A stretch of 64,000 nucleotides of DNA. Origin: Okamejei kenojei (lineage: Eukaryota). The stretch lies in assembly GCA_035221665.1 (NCBI GenBank), contig CM069156.1:30070001-30134000 (forward strand), read 5' to 3'. Under the pieces are notes generated by a model. That model saw nothing but the letters and a program-made list of their open reading frames with translations. It made no database searches and was not told where the DNA came from. The position numbers and the translations under genes are program-made. Positions within the stretch are counted from its first letter, which is position 1. The number at the start of each line of letters is the position of its first letter. Below, in pieces: positions 1 to 11,904 of the stretch.

Positions 1-272
1 CACAGATTCACCACCCTCTATGACTGAAGAAATTCCTCCTCATCTTCCTAAAGGAATGTCCTTTAATTCTGAGGTTATGACCTCTAGTCCTAGACTCTCC
101 CACTAGTGCAAGCATCCTCTCCACATCCACACTATCCAAGCCTTTCACTTTTCGGTAAGTTTCAATGAGGTCCCCCCCCCCTCATCCTTCTAAACTCCAG
201 CGAGTATAGGCCCTGCGCCAAACGCTCATCACATGTTAACCCACTCATTCCTGGGATCAGTCTTGTAAACCT
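1..272 (-). mobile_element. CR1-type LINE 3' fragment (ORF2 C-terminus), runs off the window edge
   Basis: ORF 162..383 contains RFTRLIPGMSGL...LYSLEFRRMRG, the CR1 ORF2 C-terminal motif; same family as 4817-5376. Confidence 0.85.
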
Positions 273-322
273 CCATGCTGTGTCTTTCAAACGATCAATA
301 CTCGGCTTGTGAAGTTTGGTAA

Positions 323-538
323 TGCCCCTGTCCCACTTAGGAAACCTGAACGGAAACCTCTGGAGACTTTGCGCCCCACCCAAGGTTTCCGTGCGGTTCC
401 CGGAGGTTCCCGGAGGTTTTTGTCAGTCTCCCTAATGGTCGAAACTGACAAAAACCTCCGGGAACCGCACGGAAACCTTGGGTGGGGCACAAAGTCTCCA
501 GAGGTTTCCGTTCAGGTTTCCTAAGTGGGACAGGGGCA
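323..538. mobile_element. Palindromic MITE, PIF/Harbinger-like
   Basis: Terminal TGCCCCTGTCCCACTTAGG...CCTAAGTGGGACAGGGGCA with ~100-bp inverted arms; TAA on the left flank (right flank TTC); related copy at 11304-11484 has a TAA/TAA duplication. Confidence 0.8.
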
Positions 539-549
539 TTCGGAACAAA

Positions 550-712
550 TGTTTGAGATGGGGTCGGCGTATCTTCTGAGAGCTTCATCCCCTGATGGTG
601 GAGCATTTCCTCAATATAGCAGTGAGTGGATTAGAGGCTTAAATCTTTGGATTGGGACTTGAACCTATAAAGTTTTTACTCAGTAAAGTGCTACTTGCTG
701 AGTCACAGACAA
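550..712 (-). mobile_element. Degenerate SacSINE1/DeuSINE-like 5' part
   Basis: TGGGACTTGAACC (antisense B-box) and flanks resemble the reverse complement of 32395-32530. Confidence 0.5.
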
Positions 713-1294
713 CACCCAATGAGGCAGAAATGAATGGTCTCTGACACAGGGCTGCTGAAGGAATCTAAATGCATCCACTCGGATGCACGGCACGCCAGGC
801 AGTGATGGAAAAAGTAAATGTATTTACATACAAAATGCGACCGTGGAATATTTTACATCATGAGCTGCCTGCAATCTGGGGATCCAGGGGGAAGGAATAA
901 CATGCAAAGTAGACTTAGCGCCTCATCAATATGGAATGCTGCAGCCTTAAGGCAGACAGGGAACGTACAGCGGGAGGAAGTCGTGTTAAGCAGAGGACAG
1001 CTCAGTCACACCTCAAGTGCAGTCGGAAGTGGCAGAGTTTACTAAACATCCCGGTCGGTAACCATAGGTTAGAGAGGAGATTAAAAATCACACTCCATCT
1101 TTAATGTGGTGTGGTGTACATCTTGAGTCATCCCGGGAGGCGACGTTAGCAAGGCAGGCTCAAGATATTGGGATCATTTCCTTCGGAACTGAAAAGGTTG
1201 AGAGGATATTTGATAGAACTCTTTGAAGCCCTGGTGGACTTCAATAGGATGATGGAGACAGATGATTAGCCCTGTTTGATTGGATCGATTGAAG

Positions 1295-1624
1295 GATACA
1301 GCATGGAAACAGGCCCCTTGGCCTACCAGCCACGCTGACCCTTTTGAGGTACAGCACAGAAACAGGACCTTCGGCCCACCGAGTCCACACTGACCAGTGA
1401 TCACTCCATACACTAACACTATCCTACACACTAGGGACAATGTTATAATGTTACCAATCAACCTACAAACCTGTACGTCCTTGGAGTGTGTGAGGAAACT
1501 GGAGCACCTGGAGAAAACCCACGCAGTCACAGGGAGAACGTACAAACAGCACCCGTAGTCAGGATCGAACCCGGGTCTCTAGCACTGTCGGGCAGCGACT
1601 CTACCGCTGTTCCACTATGCCACC
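1295..1624 (-). mobile_element. HE1-type tRNA-derived V-SINE (plus an extra 3' fragment)
   Basis: Reverse complement of the A/B-box head (GGGTTCGATCC), V-domain CGTTCTCCCTGTGAC..GGGTTTTCTCC..CCAAGGACGTACAGG, and LINE-shared tail GGGCCGAAGG.CCTGTTTC. Confidence 0.85.
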
Positions 1625-1974
1625 TGTTCACAATATTTCTATGTTAACTCATTTTCACATCCACTCCCTACACACTAGGGGCCACTTACTCAGGCCTATG
1701 TGTGAGTGATGGTTGCCGTGGACTGGGTGGCATGAAGGACCCGTTTGCATGCTGTATCTCTGGAGTAAAACTACACCAAACTATATTCTGCACTCAATTT
1801 CCTTTCTCTTTTTGCATCACCTTTTGTACTCTTGTATGGTTGGATTGTAATCATGCACGGATGATTTGCCTGCAACTGTATTTCACTGTATCTTGGGACA
1901 CATGGCAATAATAAACCAATACCAATGGCAGTTTAATGCCTCCAGGATACAGAACAGCAATAATTTAACTTAAT

Positions 1975-2202
1975 GTGTAGGAAGGAACTGCAGATGCTGG
2001 TTTAAACCGAAGATAGGCACATAAAGCTGGAGTAACTCAGTGGGACAGGCAGCATCTCTGGAGAGAAGGAATGGGTGACAATTCGGGACGAGACCCTTCT
2101 TCACAGTCTAAAGAAGGGTCTCGACCCTAACCGTCACCTATTCGTTTTCTCCAGAGATGCTGCCTGTCCCACTGAGTTACTCCAGCTTTTTGTGTCTATC
2201 TT
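1975..2202. mobile_element. Palindromic Penelope-like pLTR insertion with degenerate hammerhead cores
   Basis: Inverted arms 2010-2103 / ~2106-2202; TSD TAATTTAACTTAAT at 1961-1974 and 2203-2216; 35-nt unpaired tail 1975-2009. Confidence 0.8.
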
Positions 2203-2240
2203 TAATTTAACTTAATATTGGAACAATCTTGAGAAACCAA

Positions 2241-2472
2241 ACACTCACTCACTCACTCACTCACTCACTCACTCACTCACTCACTCACTCACACTCACAC
2301 TCACACTCACTCACACTCACACTCACTCACTCACTCACACTCACTCACTCACACTCACTCACTCACACTCACACTCACACACACTCACTCACTCACTCAC
2401 ACTCACACACACTCACTCACTCACTCACTCAATCACACACACACTCACATACTCACACACAAACACTCACTC
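2241..2472. repeat. (CACT)n/(CA)n compound microsatellite
   Basis: Direct reading. Confidence 0.95.
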
Positions 2473-3204
2473 CCAATTCCCTCCATATATTTGGCACCAT
2501 CTAACTATCTACCCAATACCACTGCAATCCCCCCATGGCTGCGCAAATGCCTCCCTTTTAAAGCGGTGTCATATCTGAGTAAAAGTCATTATGGAAAGCA
2601 AAAAGAAGGAAACAGAGATAAGGGAGAAAGTGTGGTAAAATGGAACTGAGGTCTTGGCTTCCCCCAACCTCTGATGACGATGTGTTATCCGCTTCAATCA
2701 CCCTGTCATGCAGTGTGCCCTAGGCCATCAGAACACACGACAATAAAATATTGCTATCTCCCCACCAGCAAGATTATCTGTGGACGCACTGACACACAGC
2801 GCGTACACATGTAAGGGATTCAGTTGGGAAGAACATCGCAAAGGGCTTCTGTCCATTTGCTGCTGCCTCACACTGGGGCTCAGACACACATTAATTCATA
2901 AACATTACATGTTTTTTTTCTTTTCCAGGCCTGCTTTGAAAAGTATGGAGCATCCAATAATCCATACGGTGCATCTTAACTGAATAAAGAGCAGAGTGAT
3001 AACATGCTTTGCTCCTGATACTGTCAACTCATGCTCAAGGTCATAAATTTAAATTAGTTCCTTTAGCTTATCCCCACCACTTTGCTCCAAACTCACTTTG
3101 CCTTTGCCTCATAGCAAGTTGTATTTATATTTTAGTGTTAACATACTAAGCTGTCCCAAACCACTTCACTGGAGTGTTATCCAACTCCGTTGAGTGTTAC
3201 CCCA

Positions 3205-3515
3205 CGAGTCACCAACTCTTGCCCAGAGTAGGTGAGCCGATGACCAGAGGACATCATTTAAGATGAAGGGGAAAAGATGTAATAGGAATCTGAGGGGCGG
3301 TGGGTGTATGGAACGAGCTGTCAGAGGACGTAGTTGAGGCTGGGATTATCCCAACGTTTAAGAAGCAGTTAGACAGGTACATGGATAGGACAGATTTGAA
3401 GGGATATGGACCAAACGCGGGCAGGTGGGACTAGTGTAGCTGGGACACGTTGGGCGCTGTGGGCAAGTTGGGCCGAAGGGCCTGTTTCCACACTGTATCA
3501 CTATGACTATGACAC
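3205..3515 (+). mobile_element. CR1/HER1-type LINE 3' end inserted in an older L2-like remnant (~3110-3660)
   Basis: GGGCCGAAGGGCCTGTTTCCACACTGTAT followed by a (CTATGA)n tail; same 3' end as the HE1 SINEs. Confidence 0.75.
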
Positions 3516-3892
3516 TAAAATTTGATGTTGGATCACAGGTGGAGGTGACTAAAAAGTGTGGTGAAGGTGGGCTTTAAGGACTGCTGTAAAGGAGGAGAGG
3601 AAGACATGCCAATGGGTTTAGGAAGGGAATTCCAGGCGGTATGAGGACCTGCCATCGGAAAGGCATGTCTGGCATCTGTTTACGCAATGGTAATTGGGGA
3701 TCCTGAAAGAGGTCAGAATGGGAAATGATTTGACACGGATGAAAGCTGTGGAACTGGAGATTGCAGATTCACACCTCCAGATGCAGGGGCAGCTTCTTCC
3801 CAGCTGTTATCCGGCAACTGAACCATCCTACCACAAGTAGAAAGCAGTCCATGATTACTATCTACTTCATTGGGGACCCCCCGAATATCTTT

Positions 3893-4076
3893 CAGAAAGA
3901 AGTGCAGGTGTTGGAAAAATCGAAGATAGACAAAAAAATGCTGGAGAAACTCAGCGAGTGAGGCAGCATCTATGGAGCGAAGGTCTGAAGAAGGGTCTCG
4001 ACCCGAAACGTCTCCTACTCCTTCGCTCCATAGATGCTGCCTCACCCGCTGAGTTTCTCCAGCATTTGTGTCCACG
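3893..4076. mobile_element. Palindromic Penelope-like pLTR insertion
   Basis: Arms GCTGGAGAAACTCAGCG..CATCTATGGAGCGAAGG / CCTTCGCTCCATAGATG..CGCTGAGTTTCTCCAGC; imperfect duplication CGAATATCTTT / CGGATTATCTTT. Confidence 0.75.
3985..4012 (+). ncRNA. Minimal type I hammerhead ribozyme core
   Basis: CTGAAGA-A-GGGTC-TC-GACCC-GAAAC-GTC: both conserved boxes, stem II and GUC cleavage triplet intact. Confidence 0.7.
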
Positions 4077-4816
4077 TCGGATTATCTTTACTGGCTTTAC
4101 CTTGCACTAAACATTGTTCTCTTATCATGTATGTGTACAGTGCAAATGGCTCGATTGTAATCATACATTGTCTTTTCGCTGACTGGTTGGCCCGCAATAA
4201 AAGCTTTCCACTCTACCCCAGTGTACGTGACAATAAACTAAACTGAACTGGAAGAAGGATGCGGAGATAGGAGCGTGGATCTTGACAGAGGATTTGGAAA
4301 CATGAATTACAAAACAGCAACAACAGGATGTACAAGAGACTTGATATCTGTTCTGAATAAAAGACACAAAATGCTGGAGTAACTCAGTGTCCCTGGAGAA
4401 CAAGGATAGGTGATGTTGTGGCACCCTTCTTCACACTGGTATTTCTGATATTTGTTTCTCTCTTTTCTATTTAAACGGCTGTCCAACCACCTTTCCTTTA
4501 TTGCTTCCATGCTTCTAGTTGCAGTGAAGAGTTCCCATTCAAGCGATACCTTGACTAGGTTTAGTTTAGTTTAGAGTTTAGAGATACAGCGTGGAAGCAG
4601 GCCCTTTGACCCACCAGGTCCGCGCCGACCAGTGATCCCCGCACACTGAAACATCGCTTTTGGTCATGTCTTGCCCAGCTCAGTGTTGTGTATTGGTTGC
4701 GTGAAGCCTTCTTCCGCTGTTTGAAGGTGGTTCATGAACAGAGTTTGTGGGTAAATGAGCACGTGGAGGGTCACGTGACGCAGAGCTGTGACAGGATTAT
4801 AAACACAGGGAGTCAT

Positions 4817-5376
4817 TAGACAATAGACAATAGGTGCAGGAGTAGGCCATTCGGCCCTTCGATCCAGCTCCGCCATTCAATGTGATCATGGTGATCATTC
4901 CCAATCAGTACCCCGTTCCTGCCTTCTCCCCATATCCCCTGACTCCACTATTTTTAAGAGCCATATCTAGCTCTCCCTAGAAAGCATCCAGAGAACCTGC
5001 CTCCACCGCCCTCTGAGGCCGCGAATTCCACAGCCTCACCACCCTCTGTGAGAAAAAGTGTTTCCTCGTCTCCATTCTAAATGGCTGACTCCTTATTCTT
5101 AAACTGTGGCCCCTGGTTCTGGACTCCCCCAACATTGGGAACATGTTTCCTGCCTCTAGCGTGTCCAAACCCTTAACAATCTTATATGTTTCAATGAGAT
5201 ATCCTCTCATCCTTCTAAACTCCAGAGTGTATAAGCCCAGCTGCTCCATTCTCTCAGCATATGACAGTCCCGCCATCCCGGGAATTAACCTTGTAAATCT
5301 ACGCTGCACTACCTCAATAGCAAGAATGTCCTTCCTCAAATTAGGGGACCAAAACTGCACACAATACTCTAGGTGT
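4817..5376 (-). mobile_element. 5'-truncated CR1 LINE with (CTATTGT)n tail
   Basis: ORF 4977..5561 HLEYCVQFWSP..KDILAIE.VQRRFTRLIPG..FFSQRVVRLWNS; TSD GAGTCAT at 4810-4816 and 5377-5383. Confidence 0.92.
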
Positions 5377-5979
5377 GAGTCATACGGCAGGGGAGGAAAG
5401 AAATGGACAAGAACACTGGATACTGGATGTCCCCCAAGCTGACGGGACGCTGATCTCAATCCTGTCATCTGAAAGGATACTGAATAGTGCCAGGCCATTT
5501 CCATCCAGGTCTGACAGATGATGTGGCCAAACATTCCCGTACTAATTGGCTGACTGCACACCGCTTCATGAAGGATTCAGACAGTCCTCCTTTCATTGAT
5601 GAGCCGAGACTCAGCATAAAAGTGGAGGCCGAAATGTATCCACCTCTCGGTAGGAGGACAATCCGATCCCTTAATCAAAGAGTGGCATGAACATTATCTT
5701 ATGAAAACTGGAATCAGGGGGTGGTCCATGTTTGACTGTGCACAAAGCAGGATTCAGGGCAGTTCACCCAGATAATTTCTTTGGCTGCTTTGAACCATAA
5801 TGGTAAACCAGAGAAATGTTTATGACTTCTTTATACATTTTTTAGCATCAGTGTAGATCCAGTAGGGTCGTACCTTGGATTCCAAAATAAACAAAATAAT
5901 TGCTGCTTAGAGAAGCATAATGTTTTATTAACTACAGTATAGACAAATGTCATGGCCAACTGGTTTTGAAAACAATTAT

Positions 5980-6268
5980 AGTTAGAGATACAACATGGAA
6001 ACAGCCTCTTGGGCCAACCGAGTGCACACCGACCAGCAATCCACTATCCGACATACTAAGGACAATTTCCAATTTTTACCAAAGCCAATTAGCCTACAAA
6101 CCAGTACGTCTTTGGAATGTGGGAGGAAACCGGAGCTCCCGGAGAAAACCCACGCAGCCACAGGGAGAACGTACAAACTCCGTACAGACAGCACCCGTAG
6201 TCAGGATCGAACCCGGGTCTCTGAAGCTGTGAGGCAGCAACTCTACCGTTGCATCACTGTGCCACCCC
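5980..6268 (-). mobile_element. HE1-type V-SINE, near full length
   Basis: tRNA-like head, V-domain and LINE-derived tail all present. Confidence 0.88.
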
Positions 6269-6959
6269 AAAAATGTTGAAACCCTTTCCCATTAGACCTC
6301 AGAGAATACATACTGTTTTGCAACAATAAATTGTTGGGATATTTTAAGCCACTTTTAAGTGACTTTCTTTCCCCCCTTCGAACACTGAGGAATTGTTTTT
6401 CCTTCTCTTGCGATAAATCTCTGTCCCAAGGCCTAAGCAAACTGAAGAGGCACGGAGAGATTGCAAACATCACGAGTGGCACAGAATCAGATTTGTCTTA
6501 TTGTTCAACGGCGCAAAAATGACTCTCAGATCCTCCCTCCCCATGGGACGTGCAGCAAACAAACACTCGCAGACAGTCAAATGAAACACAATCGAGTGTC
6601 ACAGACTCATGCGTCTCCCGTGTAGGGTATGTTGCCCTCAGCTACCAACACACACAAAATTAAACAGCGCACAATATACACTGACTGCTGTCACAAAAGG
6701 GAATGAATCCGAAAGGGTTGGATTGGAAGATTAAAAAATTCCGTGAATGTTACCATCAAGCTTGTGGCACTTCCGTCCCTATTACGGAATCAGGGATTCG
6801 AACCGTACTGGATCCTAGTCTACATTTATGCTATGAGATGCATAAAGAAATAATTTGAATTTCTAGAGCTTACCACAAAGGTTCAAAGCAACCATTAGAA
6901 TTATTTGACAGTCTGGTTTTAAGACAGGAAACAAAGCAGTCAATTTGTGCACAGCAATG

Positions 6960-7315
6960 TGATAGAACATTGAAGCATTGAAAAGTACAGCACAGGAGCA
7001 GGCCCTTTGCCCATAATGTCCGTGCGGGGCACGAGGCCAATTTAAACTAATCTACTCTGCTGCACATGATCCATATCCCTCCATTTCCGACATATCCATG
7101 TGCCACTCTAAAAGCCTCTTAAATACCACTCTCATAACTGCCCTCGCCACCACTCTTGGCAGTGCGTTCCAGGCACCCACCACTCTCAGTGTGAACATCT
7201 TACCTTGCATATCTCCCTTAAACTCTGCTCCTCTCAACTATGTGTTCTGCCCGCTAATCCTTGACATTTCCATTCTGGGAATAAAGTTCTGACCATCATC
7301 CCTATCTATGCCTTT
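6960..7315 (-). mobile_element. CR1/HER1-type LINE 3' end
   Basis: ORF 7052..7237 FTLRVVGAWNALP..FKRLL..HMD; tail AGTACAGCACAGGAGCAGGCCC. Confidence 0.8.
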
Positions 7316-8494
7316 GTGTAATGCCTATTATACAAAGGATGATGGGTGTATGGATGAGCTGCCAGAAACGGTAGTTGAGGCAGGTACTATCGCAACGTTT
7401 CATGAAATATTTAGACAGGTACCTGGATAGGACAGGTTTAGAGGGCCAAACGCAGGCAGGTGGGACTAGTGTAGATGGGACATGTTGGTCAGTGTGGGCC
7501 TGTTTCCACGCTGTAAGACTCTATGACTGTGTATAATTAGTTTTTGTGCCTGTGATACTGTTGCAAGCAAGATTTTCATTGTACTAGTACTTCACCGTAT
7601 TCATGCACAGGACGACGAACGACTAGAAGTTGAACCGATCCCACATCCTTGGTCGCTAGTACTGTGGCTCTTGTGAGATCTTTTACTTGAAACATTCATC
7701 CAATTTGGCTACAAAAGATGCAACGGGCCTTGGATCAGCCAGTCATGGCTCCACACAATAATGCTACAAATGTTGGAATCCAGAACTCCACACATAAAAT
7801 GTAATTTGGTTTGCTTAATTCTTTTTTTTTTGGGTGTGGGCACATTCGGCCGGATCACCATTTATCCTCCATCCCTAGGTGGAGAAGGATTTGGTAAACC
7901 CCTGCAGTTTTTCTGAATAAGCTACTTCCACATTCCTTTTGGGGAAGGCGTTCCAGGACTGAGGACTCAGCAACAATGAAGGATTGGTGATACGTTACAA
8001 AGTCAGGACAGTGTTTGACTTGGTGGAGAACCCGCAGGTGGTGGCGTTTGCAATTGGCCATTGCTTTTATCCATCTTGCGGTAAAGTTCAGAGATTTGTG
8101 CCAGGCAGCCTCTGTGGAGGGCGGAGGCTAATGTGTCAGATCAATGACCTTTCTCGTAACCAGAGAAAGCCAGAGATAAAACAGTATTTAAGAGTAAAGT
8201 CATGGTTTCATAGAGTTGTGCAACATGGAAACAGGCCCTTCCTGTACAACTCGTCCATGCCCATCAAGATACTTCATCTAAGCTAGTCCCGTTTGCCCAC
8301 ATTTGGCCCATAATCCCTACAAACCTTTCTTATCCATGGACCTGTCCAAATGTGTTTAAGGGAGAGATGAGTGTCCTTACATCTATAGCAAGGTGGTTTA
8401 GAAAGAAAAAGATCATGCCCACAGCACAGATGCTGACAACCAGCAAGATATCCTGGCAATAGACCAGCATGGTACTGCATTCCCGCATTTTGCC

Positions 8495-9140
8495 GTGATA
8501 TTCAATTTCAGGTATCCCCTATCCCTTTCTTCTCATCTTCATAGCTTCACCTCCCCTGCTCATCTTCCTTTCCATTCCCCCAAACCCCATCGCCCAGTTC
8601 CTCCCTCCTCCACCCCCCGCTCATCACCCACCTCTCTCTATTCTCGGTCACTTAACTTTCTCCCCTCTACCCGGCATCATTCCCTCTGGTCTGAAGAAGG
8701 GTCCCGACCCAAAACGTCACCCGTTCCTTCTCTCCAGAGATGCTGCCTGTCCCTTTGCAGTTACCCCAGGATTTTGTGTCTAATCTTCGATTTAAGCCAG
8801 GATCTGCAGTTGTGGTTCTATGTTTCACTCCCTGACATCCTGTTTTGACCATATTCCACCATGTGCAACCCTTTTGTCTTGTCCACTTGTCACCAGCTTT
8901 GCTTGCTGTTTCCATCCTTCTCTCCCCGACCAAACTTGCCATCAACACCTCCTTCCTTGGATCCACCTCCAACTTTGCCCCACTCCTTCCCCTCACCTCA
9001 TTCTATCCCATCACTCAGAGGTAGGGTCCTGACCCTAAACATCATTGTCTGTCCAATTCCCTCCACAGATGCTGCCTGACCCGCTGTGTTCCTCCAGCAT
9101 TTCCTTTCTTTCTCAAGGTGCCCGCATCTACGGTCTTGTG
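8495..9140 (+). mobile_element. Penelope-like element 3' region with two hammerhead-like motifs
   Basis: TTCAATTTCAGGTA resembles the recalled end of the elasmobranch PLE ORF (..FSNFR*); pyrimidine-rich UTR; cores at 8691-8718 and ~9013-9050, each followed by AGATGCTGCCTG..CCAGCAT-type tails. Confidence 0.6.
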
Positions 9141-9726
9141 TGCCTTCTTTAGCAAGATTCTGTTGGTGAGAGTCAACTTCTGTAGGTCAGAGCGATAAAG
9201 AAACAGAAAGACATGGTGCAAATGGAGGTCATCTGGTCCATTGTCTCCATGCTGGAAAAATCCATTGATGAACCAGATGGGCATTTTATGTTAGTCTGGC
9301 AAGCTCATGCTCACTTTTACTGTGGCGAGCTTTTTAATTCCAGATTTTATTTAATTAATTGGATTTAAATTGTCCAAGTCCTGCCATGGGATATGAACCT
9401 TGTGGCAGATTTCCAGCATCTGCACTAATTTGCCTTTGGATGGGATCTCATGTCCTGGATCGGAGTCCAGTCACCTCACCAGTTTCCTGCCGCACTTTGC
9501 ATGCCCTTTGGTTCAAGTCCCATTCGACAAGACTCCAGCACAGAAATCTCGGCTGATCCTGAGGGAAGGCCACATTGTGGGATGTGTCAACTATCTGATC
9601 AGAGCCCTGGCTGGCCTCAGAGGTGGCCTTTAATGATCTGGTGGTGCTATTTCAAAAATGGATCCTGGGTAGTGTTGCAGAATAGACCGAGATAGGGATA
9701 CAAGCACCAAGTACACATGCAGCATA

Positions 9727-10028
9727 TTGGCGTAGCAGTTGCTGCCTTACAATGCTTGCAACGCCAGAGACCTGGGTTAGATCCTGACAACAGGTGCTGT
9801 CTGTATAGAGTTTGTACGTTCTCCCCGTGACCACGAAGATTTGCTCCGGGTGCTCCGGTTTCCTCCCACACTCCAATGACACACAGGTTTGGAGGTTAAT
9901 TGGCTTGGTATAAATGTAAAGGGTCCCTAGTGTGTGTAGGATGGTGTTAATGTGCGGGGATCGCTTGTCAGTGCGGACTCGGTGGGCCAAAGGGCCTGAT
10001 TCTCCTGCTGTGCGTCTAAACTAAACTC
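9727..10028 (+). mobile_element. HE1-type V-SINE
   Basis: TGGCGTAGC..GTTGCTGCCTTACA head, V-domain, (CTAAA)n tail. Confidence 0.88.
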
Positions 10029-10409
10029 AAAAAAGTTCCCTGAAAATGCCGGCACAGTTAGACAGGATGGTGAAGAGTGCATATGGCATGTTTGCCTTAA
10101 TCGGCCAGGTATTTTATAATAGTCTAGCAAGGTCACTCTCTCACTATTAGTACAGGAGTTGGGATGTCTGAGGCAGCTGGTCTGGATTTCTCCAGCATGG
10201 AGACAATGGATCAAATAACCTCCATTTCCACCATAACTTTCTAATTCTACATCTCTTTGACCCACTGAGCTTGACTGACACCAAGAGAATGTTGTTATGG
10301 AAGATACAAGAGATGGCAGATGCTGAATTCTTGAGCAAGAAAGAAAATGCTGGAAGAACTCAGCGGGTCAGACAGCATCTGTGGAGAGAATTGGACACTG
10401 TTTTGGGTC

Positions 10410-10992
10410 AGAAACATAGAAATAGGTGCAGGAGTTTGCCATTCGGCCCTTCGAGCCAGAACCGTCATTCAATATGATCATGGCGGATTATCCAAAATCA
10501 GTACCCCGTTCCTGCTTTTTCCCCATATCCCTTTCGTTTCCGTTGAGCTTTATCTAACTCTTTAATGCATCGAGTGAATTGGCCTCCATTGCCTTCTTTG
10601 GCAGAGAATTATACAGATTCACAACACTGGGTGAAAAAGTTTATCCTCATCTCAGTCCTAAATGGCCTACCCCTTATTCCTAAACTGTGACCCCGGTTCC
10701 GGACTCTCCTAACAGCGGGAACATTTTTCCTACATCGAGCCTGTCCAATCCCTTAAGAATTTTATATGTTTACGTAAGATCCACTCTCATCCTTCCAAAT
10801 TCCAGTGAATATAAGCCCAATTGATCCATTCTTTCATCTTATGTCAGTCCCGCCATCCCGAGAATTAACCTGGTGAACCTACGCTGCACTCCCTCAATAG
10901 CAAGAATGTCCTTCCTCAAATTAGGAGACCAAAACTGCACACAATACCCCAGGTGTGGTCTCACCAGGGCCCTGTACGACTGCAGTAGGACC
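10410..10992 (-). mobile_element. CR1 LINE 3' fragment with (TTTCTATG) tail, inserted into a PLE fragment
   Basis: Homologous to 4817-5376 and 23061-24175; PLE motif TTTTGGGTC..ACCC.TCTTCAG is split across it. Confidence 0.85.
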
Positions 10993-11084
10993 CATCTTCA
11001 GCTAACAAGATGCTAGTGAGAGAGTTCTCGGTGTCTGATTATGGTTGTCGAGCTCTGAGGAGGATGTGGTTGGGTGCAGAGGAG

Positions 11085-11680
11085 ATTCACAAAGATGTTG
11101 CCGGGATTGGAGGGCTTGGCTTGTCAGGAGAGACTGGAGAAGCTGGAATGTAGGTGGCTAAGGGGTGACTGGATAGAAGGTTATAAAATCATGAATAACA
11201 GAAATAAGGTGGATTGTCACAGTCCTTTTATCTCAGGGTAGAGGAGTCAAAAACTGGAGAACATAGGTTTAAGGTGAAGGGGAAAGATTTAAAGGGAACC
11301 TAATGCCCACCTTCAACTAGCATTGCAACCGGCTTCGACAAAAAACTTTTCGATTTTTAAAACGGAAACCACTTTCGACCATTAGGGAGACTGACAAAAA
11401 CCCCTGGGAACCGCACGGAAACCTTGGGTCGGGCGCAAAGTCTCCAGAGGTTTCCATTCAGGTTTCCTAAGTGGGACAGGGGCATAAGGGGCAAGTGTCT
11501 TACACAGAGTGCATGCGGTAGGTGTATGGAACAAGCAGCCGGAGGAAGTGGTAGAAACCAGCACAATTACAATGTCTAAAAGACATTTGGACAGACACAT
11601 GGATAGGGCAGGTCTAGAGGGAAGTGTGCATGGACAAGTTGGGCCGAAGGGCCTGTTTCTGCGCTGCATGACTATGAGCA
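11085..11680 (+). mobile_element. CR1/HER1-type LINE 3' end interrupted by a MITE
   Basis: GTGCAGAGGAGATTCACAAAGATGTTGCCGGGA...GGGCCGAAGGGCCTGTTTC. Confidence 0.8.
11304..11484. mobile_element. Harbinger-like MITE, left arm deleted
   Basis: TAA TSD (11301-11303, 11485-11487); right arm nearly identical to 445-538; left end reduced to TGCCC. Confidence 0.8.
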
Positions 11681-11904
11681 GGGGAACCACCCCTGACACC
11701 CCGGCTAATATATAGAGCGATCAACAATCCCTCCCAATAAATTAGTTCCTCAATACAGCATTGCTATTTGAAGGAGCTTGATGGCGTAAATCAGCATTTC
11801 ATTTCATGATAAGAGAGACCACAATTCAAGTAAAGTCCCCAGCTTGTAAAATGCTTTGGACTATACTTAGTTGGTGAAAGGCATTGCTCAAATGCTTCCA
11901 TTTA

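Larger units (their letters stand above)
3762..4250 (+). mobile_element. Rex/Babar LINE 3' end, interrupted by a PLE palindrome
   Basis: HTSRCRGSFFPAVIRQLN C-terminal motif; 3' UTR ending GTGACAATAAACTAAAC; homologous to 16220-16510 and 46395-46830. Confidence 0.75.

Noticed and set aside
287-606. Mirror-image ORFs sharing NAPVPLRKPERKPLETL
   Set aside because: A consequence of the palindromic MITE, not coding.
2229-2504. THSL-repeat ORF
   Set aside because: Product of the (CACT)n microsatellite.
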